From Candidatus Krumholzibacteriota bacterium (GTDB lineage: Bacteria > Krumholzibacteriota > Krumholzibacteriia > JAJRXK01): a DNA stretch of 64,000 nt. Shown here piece by piece: positions 57,370-64,000 of the stretch (positions are counted from its first letter, which is position 1; every line of letters starts with the position of its first letter). The stretch lies in contig CAVXTH010000006.1 of assembly GCA_963764625.1 (NCBI GenBank), positions 480,001 through 544,000 of the forward strand, read 5' to 3'. Position numbers and translations under genes: made by a program. Below the pieces are notes generated by a model, which ran no database searches, had not been told where the DNA came from, and was given only the letters and a program-made list of their open reading frames with translations.

Positions 57370-57807
57370 ATGTTGAAGCGAAACGCAGGATTTACCCTCA
57401 TCGAGTTGATGATCGTGGTGGTCATCATCGGAATCCTCGCTGCCATGGCAACTTCCAACTGGCTCTCCATGCAGGCCAGTGCCAAGGAGGCAGCGGTGAG
57501 GAGCAACTGCCATACGGTGCAACTGGCAGCGGAGGACTTTTCCGTGCGCTACGATGGAATCTACGCCGCGAACCTTGCCGACAATTCGCCGGGCGTGACG
57601 ATTCTCCAACTCCTGCCTCGGGGTCAGCTGCTTCAGAACCCCTTTACGCGGGCTCTCACGGAACCCGTGAACGGGGCGGCGGCCACGCAAGGTCAGACCG
57701 GCTACTCACCGCTGAATCAGGGCGGCGTGAACGTCGGCTACGTCATCGATGGGGTGGGACGCGGCCCGGGACTCAACACGATTATCAGGCTGACGAACGG
57801 TCAGTAG
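57370..57807 (+). CDS. Second type IVa pilin (tandem paralog)
   Basis: G|FTLIELMIVVVIIGILAAMA. Shares SNCHTVQLAAEDF, YAANLAD, NPFT, TEPV and terminal GQ with the first pilin. Confidence 0.9.
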   Translation: MLKRNAGFTLIELMIVVVIIGILAAMATSNWLSMQASAKEAAVRSNCHTVQLAAEDFSVRYDGIYAANLADNSPGVTILQLLPRGQLLQNPFTRALTEPVNGAAATQGQTGYSPLNQGGVNVGYVIDGVGRGPGLNTIIRLTNGQ

Positions 57808-57848
57808 CCACCTGCGGGCCTCACCGTACCCTCTCCCCAGACTCGAGT

Positions 57849-57865
57849 CTGGCATCGTTCGTGCA
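57849..57865 (+). promoter_or_regulatory. Candidate sigma54 promoter for the ABC-TPR-pilD genes
   Basis: CTGGCATCGTTCGTGCA, GG-N10-GC. Confidence 0.5.
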
Positions 57866-57888
57866 AAACGCCCCCCATGGGGTGTTTT
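57865..57888 (+). terminator. Candidate intrinsic terminator after the pilin genes
   Basis: AAAACGCCCC-ccat-GGGGTGTTTT hairpin. Confidence 0.45.
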
Positions 57889-57951
57889 CACTTCGAAAAC
57901 GGCAGATTCTGAGCCGCTGCACCCCAAAGACACCGAAGAAAGGGCACGAGC

Positions 57952-59001
57952 GTGAGGACCGAACCAACCCCTCGTGAGGAGCGCAGATCGATCTGCAGCC
58001 TCAAGGATGTCCAGAAGAGCTATCGCTCTGATTTCCTGCGCAAGCGCCATGAAGTCCTGCGGGGGATCAGCTTCACGATCGAAGCTGGCGAGACCTTCGC
58101 CTATCTCGGCCACAACGGCGCCGGGAAAACCACCACCATCAAGGCCATGCTCGGTCTGATCGGTTTGAATGGAGGGGAGCTGAAGATCTTCGGCCGTCCC
58201 GCGGGAGACACCAGAGGGCTGGCCCGTCTCGGGTACCTCCCGGAGAACCCCTACTTCTACGACCACCTCTCAGGACGCGAGTTCCTGGCGCTCGCCGGCC
58301 ACTTGCACGGACTGGGCAAGGGCCAGTTGCAGAAGCGCATCGAAGAGGTTCTCGAGCTGGTGAACATGGAGGACAGGGCGGACCGCCAGATGCGCTCGTA
58401 CTCGAAGGGAATGCTCCAGCGCCTGGGTCTCGCTCAAGCCCTCATCAACGATCCCGAGCTTCTCATCCTGGATGAACCGATGGGGGGTCTGGATCCAGTG
58501 GGTCGTCACCAGGTGCGAAGCATTCTCTCGGAACTGAAAGCCCGCGGTACCACGATCTTCATGAGCTCGCACATCCTCAGCGACGTGGAGAGTCTCGCTG
58601 ATCGCGCCGCGATCCTCAGCGAAGGGCAGCTCATGCGCATCGTGTGCATGGCCGACCTCGTCGCCGACAACGCCTCGAAGATGGTCCACTGCCGTCAGCT
58701 CCCACAGGACGCGGTCGAGAGATTCAACCAACAGGGTTTCGTGACCCACGTGAACAATGACGTCACTCGAATCGAGGTGACTCGCGATTCGGATCTACCG
58801 AGAGTTCTTACCATGCTCGAGTCGAGCGGAGCCAGCCTGCTTCGCGTCGAGCCGCTACGGTCGTCTCTGGAAGATCTCTTCCTGCGTGAAGTCTCGCGAG
58901 GCGTCATGCCCATTCGCAGAAAGCCAAGCAAGACCGGAGCGACTCACGAAGCTCAGAGGGTCGTGCAAGCGGTGCGGGACGTCCAGGAGGTGCGGCGATG
59001 A
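57952..59001 (+). CDS. ABC transporter ATP-binding protein (Myxococcus PilH-like)
   Basis: GHNGAGKTT, GYLPENPYFYDHLSGREFL, YSKGMLQRLGLAQAL, ILDEPMGGLDPVGR, SSH. Sits directly after the pilins. Confidence 0.9.
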   Translation: MRTEPTPREERRSICSLKDVQKSYRSDFLRKRHEVLRGISFTIEAGETFAYLGHNGAGKTTTIKAMLGLIGLNGGELKIFGRPAGDTRGLARLGYLPENPYFYDHLSGREFLALAGHLHGLGKGQLQKRIEEVLELVNMEDRADRQMRSYSKGMLQRLGLAQALINDPELLILDEPMGGLDPVGRHQVRSILSELKARGTTIFMSSHILSDVESLADRAAILSEGQLMRIVCMADLVADNASKMVHCRQLPQDAVERFNQQGFVTHVNNDVTRIEVTRDSDLPRVLTMLESSGASLLRVEPLRSSLEDLFLREVSRGVMPIRRKPSKTGATHEAQRVVQAVRDVQEVRR

Positions 59002-59765
59002 CACGGATGCTCGCAGTGGCGCGCAATACCTTTCGTGAGGCGGTTCGGGACAAGATCTTTGGTTTGGTGGGCGCGTTCGGGCTCGTGCTCGTGGTCTCCT
59101 CCATCGTCTTGAGTCCGTTGACGATTGGAGCGCAGACGAAAATGGTGGCCGACGTGGGACTCTCGTCGATCACGATCTTCGCCCTCTTGATCGTGCTGTT
59201 GGTTGGCAGTGGCATGGTGCACAAGGAACTCGACAAGCGCACGATCTTCACCATCCTGTCCAAGCCGATCACGCGCACCGATTACATGCTGGGCAAGTAC
59301 CTCGGCCTCATGCTTACTCTGCTCGCGATCATGGCCAGCATGAGTCTGCTCTTCTTCCTCTCGGTGTGGCTCACACCATCTGTCTTCGATTTCGCGCTGG
59401 TGAAGGCGCTCTACATGGCGGTCTGTGAGATGACCGTGGTCACCGCGGTCGCCATGCTGTTCAGTTCCTTCACGACGGCCACTCTCACGAGCCTCTTCAC
59501 TCTGGGCATCTTCCTCGCCGGACACACTCTCGGTGATCTCGAGACTTTCGCCCGCATGTCTGGCTCACAGGGGACCATCTGGGCCATGAAAGCGGTGCGG
59601 ATGATCCTGCCCAATCTCGAACTCTTCAACGTACGGAATGCCGCGGTCCACGGGCTTCCAATCCACTCCGCCCATCTGATGTGGGCCGGGATCTACGCGC
59701 TCTTGTATTCCACGCTCTGCCTCTCGCTCGGGTCCTGGCTCTTCGGCCGGAGGGACTTCAAATGA
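58998..59765 (+). CDS. ABC-2 type permease (Myxococcus PilI-like)
   Basis: VARNTFREAVRDK, KELDKRTIFTILSKPI.R..Y.LGKYLG, multiple TM helices, terminal FGRRDFK. Confidence 0.88.
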   Translation: MTRMLAVARNTFREAVRDKIFGLVGAFGLVLVVSSIVLSPLTIGAQTKMVADVGLSSITIFALLIVLLVGSGMVHKELDKRTIFTILSKPITRTDYMLGKYLGLMLTLLAIMASMSLLFFLSVWLTPSVFDFALVKALYMAVCEMTVVTAVAMLFSSFTTATLTSLFTLGIFLAGHTLGDLETFARMSGSQGTIWAMKAVRMILPNLELFNVRNAAVHGLPIHSAHLMWAGIYALLYSTLCLSLGSWLFGRRDFK

Positions 59766-60499
59766 ACCGGCGTCGAGTCGGGATCTTCGCCTTGGGGCTC
59801 TTGCTCTTGCTGCTGTCCTCCTGGACCGCCCGACGCGCGGATGCGGTCCGCGACCGTTCAGTCGAATCCACCATCCAATATCTGCCGAATCCTGAGGCGG
59901 TGAAGATCGCTTCCTTCGGATTCGACGATCTCGTTTCTGATTTTCTCTGGCTCAAACTCATTTTGTACTACGGGGAGAGCCGGAAGGGCCAGCACGGGCT
60001 CGCGTTCTTCGAGCAGCTGGCGAATACCGTCGTCTACCTCGACCCCCGCTTCACCGAAGGATACCGCTTCACCGCCCTGGTGCTTTCGCAGGACATGGGA
60101 GCGCCCGAGGCGGGAATCCGGATGCTCCGCAAAGGGATGGGGGCTGAGCCGGACGATTGGTGGCTTCCTTTCGAAGCGGGATTCATCGAGTACGTGACGG
60201 TCATGGACGATGAAGAGGCCTTCCGCTGGTTCAAGCGCGCAGCCGAAGTTCCGGGAGCTCCGGAGTTTCCGCGCCGCTTTGCCGCGTTCGTCGGTACCCG
60301 TGCGGGCGAGCTACAGATAAGTGTCGTGCTCTACAAGACCATTGCCCGTACCACGACGGACAAGTACCAACGGAAGGACGCCCTCGAGAAGGTCGAGCAG
60401 CTCGAGGCCGCCATCCGCGGTGAGGCACCGGTTCCCGAGTGGGCGCGGCGCAAGCGGGTCATCGAGGGGAAAGTAGACGAGGGGAAGTCGGGTGCTTGA
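59762..60499 (+). CDS. Membrane-anchored TPR-like protein (PilG/XapA-like accessory)
   Basis: N-terminal TM, LP.PE.VK.ASFGF..LVSDFLWLK...YYG, LDPRF, P.DWWLPFEAGF. Coupled to the ABC genes. Confidence 0.7.
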   Translation: MNRRRVGIFALGLLLLLLSSWTARRADAVRDRSVESTIQYLPNPEAVKIASFGFDDLVSDFLWLKLILYYGESRKGQHGLAFFEQLANTVVYLDPRFTEGYRFTALVLSQDMGAPEAGIRMLRKGMGAEPDDWWLPFEAGFIEYVTVMDDEEAFRWFKRAAEVPGAPEFPRRFAAFVGTRAGELQISVVLYKTIARTTTDKYQRKDALEKVEQLEAAIRGEAPVPEWARRKRVIEGKVDEGKSGA

Positions 60500-61280
60500 G
60501 CTCTCTTCATTGAGCCGCATCGTCCCGGTCTCGATCGTCTTCCTTCTGGGTGCGTGCGTCGGCAGTTTTCTCAACGTGGTGATCTGCCGTGTGCCCCACG
60601 GGCGCTCGATCGTGAAACCCCCCTCGTCCTGCCAATCGTGCCATCGGACCATCCCCGCCTGGTGGAACATCCCGATCCTCTCGTGGCTTTTTCTGCGGGG
60701 CAAGTGTCACTACTGCCACGAACGGATCTCGCCCCGCTACGTCTGGGTGGAGTTGCTCACGGGTGCTCTCGCGGTTCTGTGTCTGTGGCGCTTCGGGCTC
60801 ACCCCTCTGGCTCTCAGTCTCTTCGCTCTCTTGTCCGCGCTGGTGGCGGTGGCTCTGATCGACTGGGAGTACATGATCATCCCCGATGGCATCAGCCTGA
60901 GTTTTCTGCTGCTGGGCCTGGTTCTGTCACCGTTCACCGGCCCCGGATTGCTCCCCGCGCTGCTGGGCGCGGTGGGGGCGGGCGGACTCCTCCTGTTGAT
61001 GGGCGTCCTCTGGCAGAAGACCAAAGGCGTGGCGGGAATGGGTGGAGGAGACGTGAAGCTCATGGCGGCAGTGGGGGCGTATCTGGGCCTCGTACCCGGT
61101 CTGCTCGTCATCTTCCTCGGCGCGCTTCTTGGGTCGATCTACGGACTGGTCGTCCTGCGGAAGGGGGGACAGGCCAAGGTCGCTTTCGGAACTTTCCTGT
61201 CCTTGGCGGCCGCGGTCGTCATCTTCTTCGGTCATGAGCTCATCGGCTGGTATCTGAGCGCAACCCGGCTGGGAACTTGA
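60492..61280 (+). CDS. pilD: Prepilin peptidase/N-methyltransferase
   Basis: GSFLNVVICRVP, CQSC...CHYC, NIPILSW..LRGKC, IDWE..IIPD, GMGGGDVKL, FGTFL. Confidence 0.95.
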   Translation: MLELSSLSRIVPVSIVFLLGACVGSFLNVVICRVPHGRSIVKPPSSCQSCHRTIPAWWNIPILSWLFLRGKCHYCHERISPRYVWVELLTGALAVLCLWRFGLTPLALSLFALLSALVAVALIDWEYMIIPDGISLSFLLLGLVLSPFTGPGLLPALLGAVGAGGLLLLMGVLWQKTKGVAGMGGGDVKLMAAVGAYLGLVPGLLVIFLGALLGSIYGLVVLRKGGQAKVAFGTFLSLAAAVVIFFGHELIGWYLSATRLGT

Positions 61281-61475
61281 CCCAGCCTCTGGCGCTCCTT
61301 TCCCCCTGCGATCTCTTGTTTCCTCGAAGCGCTCAATTCTCCTTGAAGCGGCGTGCAGGATGCACGAGAGCGTGCAGGACGGTCATTTGAGGAGCCCCTC
61401 ACGCGCCCATTCCCAGGGCCCTAAGCCCCAATGTATTCAGAGGCAATAACTTGCGAGGACCTCCCGTCCGGCGGC

Positions 61476-61491
61476 TTGGCATGACCCTTGC
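61476..61491 (+). promoter_or_regulatory. Sigma54 promoter of pilMNO
   Basis: TTGGCATGACCCTTGC, near-consensus. An IHF-like AGGCAATAACTTG lies at 61441-61453. Confidence 0.7.
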
Positions 61492-61626
61492 CTTTGACCT
61501 GCCTGCAATCTTGAGGATCCCCCGTGGGAGTAGTCTTCGCGGGCCCTTTGAACATGGACTGAGTTGCGTCAACGCACCCTTGGGGGGGCGGAAAGCGCGC
61601 CAGCTAGCTGGAGGTCGCAAGCTTCG

Positions 61627-62698
61627 ATGATCTCGCTCCTTCGAAAGCGCAGCAAAGCGACGGTGGCCCTGGATATCGGGTCCAACGTCGTCAAGTGTCT
61701 GCGACTTGATCACTCCGGTGAACAGCCTCTTATCACCAACTTCGCGATGGTCGAGCTCATGCCCGACGCCATCGTCGAAGGGGAGATCATGGACCGTGAA
61801 ATGGTTGTCGAAGCCATTCGCGAGTGCCTGAACCAAGCCAATGTCTCCGCTGCGGACGTGTCGACCTCCATCGGGGGTCGCTCAGTCATCGTCAAGAAGA
61901 TCATCATGGACAAGATGGCTGCCGCGGATGCCGAGGAGGCCATCTTCTGGGAAGCCGAGCAGCACGTTCCCTTCGACATCGACGACATCTGCCTGGATTT
62001 TCAGATCGTCAAGGAAGACGTGGGCGCCAACCAGATGGAGATCCTCCTGGTCGCGGCCAAAAAAGAGACGATTCAAGCTCACGCCGAGTTAGTGCGTGAG
62101 GCGGACATGCGTCCGGTGCTCATCGACGTCGATGCCTTCGCGGTGCAAAACGCTTGGGAAATGAACAATGGCGGACCGTCGGACGAGGTCGTCGGCTTGA
62201 TGAACGTGGGCGCCGATGTCACCAGTCTCTGCGTCGTACAGAGTGGCACGCCCTACTTCACGCGCGATCTCAACGTCGGGACCAATCGTCTCGTGGAAGA
62301 GTTCCAGAAGGAATTCGGAGTCAGCTTCGACGAAGCCCGCGATTTCGTGGCCCACCCCGAGAAGGTGGAGGAATCGGAGGCGGACCGGCTAGTGGAGATC
62401 GTGCGCGGCGTGGCCCAGGACCTTTCGATGGGAATCGACCGCAGCATCTCCTACCTCCGTACTTCAGGCGATGCCGAATCGATCGATCGCATCGTTCTCA
62501 GCGGAGGCGGAGCGCGCTTCCCGGGATTGCGACAGCTGCTCTCCGAGCACGACAACTACGAAATCGAAATCGGAAACCCCCTTCAGTGCGTGGGGTACGA
62601 TCGCCGATGTTTTTGGTGATGAAAACGTGGACGAACTCGCCCCCTTACTCACCGTGAGTGTCGGGCTTGGCCTTCGCAGTCAGGGGGACAAGCAATGA
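61627..62698 (+). CDS. pilM: Type IV pilus alignment protein PilM; +1 frameshift near 62602
   Basis: VALDIGSNVVK, EAEQHVPFDIDD, ILLVAAKKE, DVDAFA, LSGGGA, GNP. The C-terminal APLLTVSVGLGLR is in the next frame. Confidence 0.92.
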
Positions 62699-63273
62699 TT
62701 CGCATCAACCTGCTTCCCAAGGAAGATGTTCCTCGACACGTACAGATCAAGCTTCCCCCGGTGGCAAGCTTCATCCCTGTCTTTGTCGCGGTTGCGCTCT
62801 TGGGATTATGTGTCGCGACGGCGTTCATCCAGCACGGCAGGGTAGTGAAGCTGCAGAGCGACATCCAGACCGCGAGGGAGGAAAGCCAGAAACTCGCTCC
62901 TCAGATCGCGCGGATCAAGCAACTGACCCAGGAACGTGACCAGGTCGACCGTCGACTCGACGCCATCACCATGCTGGACAAGGACCGCTACGTCCGAGTC
63001 CGGCTCATGAGCGAGCTCAGTCGTCGCATGCCGGCCAACACCTGGCTGACTCTCTATCAGGAAGTGAATCCCACCACGATTCGTCTCGAGGGGATCACTT
63101 TCAGCAACTTTGTCATTGCCGACTTCATGCGTAACCAGGTTGTGAGCAGCAGTTACCTGGGCGTGGACCTCGATTTCATCTCGCGGGGTACGATCGGCGA
63201 CATCGACGTTCTCAAGTTCGGCCTGACGGCGCAGGTGGGTCAGCCCACCACCGACGTGGCCACAGGAATGTAG
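62695..63273 (+). CDS. pilN: Type IV pilus assembly protein PilN
   Basis: MIRINLLP motif, TM helix, coiled coil, P..TWL, IADFMRN. Confidence 0.92.
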   Translation: MIRINLLPKEDVPRHVQIKLPPVASFIPVFVAVALLGLCVATAFIQHGRVVKLQSDIQTAREESQKLAPQIARIKQLTQERDQVDRRLDAITMLDKDRYVRVRLMSELSRRMPANTWLTLYQEVNPTTIRLEGITFSNFVIADFMRNQVVSSSYLGVDLDFISRGTIGDIDVLKFGLTAQVGQPTTDVATGM

Positions 63274-63292
63274 CCACGGGAGGGATCACGAA

Positions 63293-63973
63293 ATGGATCT
63301 ACAGAGTCCCAAGGTGCAACGGATCCTCATCTCATCTCTGGTGAGCGTGATGATTCTGTACCTCTTCTTTGGAAGCTCCATGCTTGGGTTCTCGTATCGA
63401 GCCAAGAAGGCTCAAATCGAGACTTTGCAGACGGAATACGACGGGCTTTCCCGCGATCTGGAGCGCGCCCGCGTCACTGCACGCAACTTGCCCAAACTGG
63501 AACAGGAGTATCAGTACCTTCACGAGCAGTGGCTCATCGCTCGCAATCTTCTTCCCGAAGAGAACGACATGGAGCCATTACTGCGAAAGGTGTCTGCCGC
63601 GGCCCAACAGTCCGGCCTGTCCTGGGTGGAGTATCGACCGGAGGCGCCCATCCAGCGTGAGTTCTACGCCGAGAATCCCATATCGATCGAGGTCGAGGGC
63701 AACTTCCATCAGGTCGGGACTTTCCTGGGCCAGGTCGCTAACCTCAATCGAATCGTGAATGTGCGCAACATCAAGCTCACCGGTGTGCGTCCCGAGGACC
63801 AGGGCAAAGAGGGCACCATCAACAGCCTGTCCGGCAAGATGCAGATCGTTGCCTACACGGTGCCCAACGCACCGGCGAATCCGGACGCGCCGAAGCAGAA
63901 TCTCACTAGCGCCCAGCAACGGCTGGGACGGGCAGGCGCCAAGGCCAGTGCGGCCAAGGCCGAGAGCAAATAG
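63293..63973 (+). CDS. pilO: Type IV pilus assembly protein PilO
   Basis: TM helix, coiled coil, LLPEENDMEPLL, FYAENPI.I.VEGNFHQVGTFL..VANLNRIVNV. Confidence 0.92.
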   Translation: MDLQSPKVQRILISSLVSVMILYLFFGSSMLGFSYRAKKAQIETLQTEYDGLSRDLERARVTARNLPKLEQEYQYLHEQWLIARNLLPEENDMEPLLRKVSAAAQQSGLSWVEYRPEAPIQREFYAENPISIEVEGNFHQVGTFLGQVANLNRIVNVRNIKLTGVRPEDQGKEGTINSLSGKMQIVAYTVPNAPANPDAPKQNLTSAQQRLGRAGAKASAAKAESK

Positions 63974-63991
63974 CTGAAGGAGCTGCAGAGA

Positions 63992-64000
63992 ATGAGTAAG
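63992..64000 (+). CDS. Start of the next gene (PilP expected from gene order)
   Basis: AAGGAG then ATG AGT AAG at the window edge. Identity is inferred from synteny only. Confidence 0.35.

Noticed and set aside
61520-61626. pilM leader as a c-di-GMP riboswitch
   Set aside because: Small hairpins with GAAA and GCAA are present, but I could not match the conserved GEMM core. An Rfam scan would be needed.

Overview
GC-rich bacterial chromosomal window, almost all on the + strand. I found no rRNA, tRNA, CRISPR array, IS or phage genes. Gene content suggests a diderm of the FCB superphylum outside core Bacteroidia, such as a Latescibacterota/Krumholzibacteriota-like lineage (inference only). Four blocks: (1) 1-20 kb housekeeping: an orphan BoxB-like diiron protein, folK-deoxynucleoside kinase-panB-panC, a GlmU N-terminal domain only, HIT, tatA, a DUF1998 helicase plus RNase H-like nuclease (MrfAB type), CDF, PpiD-like, M23, dnaE, accA. 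(2) 20-37 kb, a tightly packed type IX secretion (T9SS)-related envelope operon: Trm112-like, PorU-like C25 sortase, PorV, an M6 metalloprotease with a T9SS-type C-terminal domain, two paralogous DUF5683-like proteins, an NHL lipoprotein, a ~1150-aa barrel with SprA-like motifs and an Omp85/POTRA protein. This is the best candidate for an undescribed system. (3) ligA, dinG, hutU, hutI. (4) 45-64 kb, a Myxococcus/Geobacter-style type IVa pilus locus (TPR, plug+barrel protein, comEA, pilBTCSR, two pilins, ABC ATPase/permease/TPR, pilD, pilMNO). It carries five sigma54-type -24/-12 motifs and a recurring TGCA-N3-TGC(A/C) candidate enhancer. Ten single-base frameshifts in eight genes (nine of them +1) look like long-read consensus errors rather than pseudogenes. 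All family calls come from motif recognition by eye; no searches were run.
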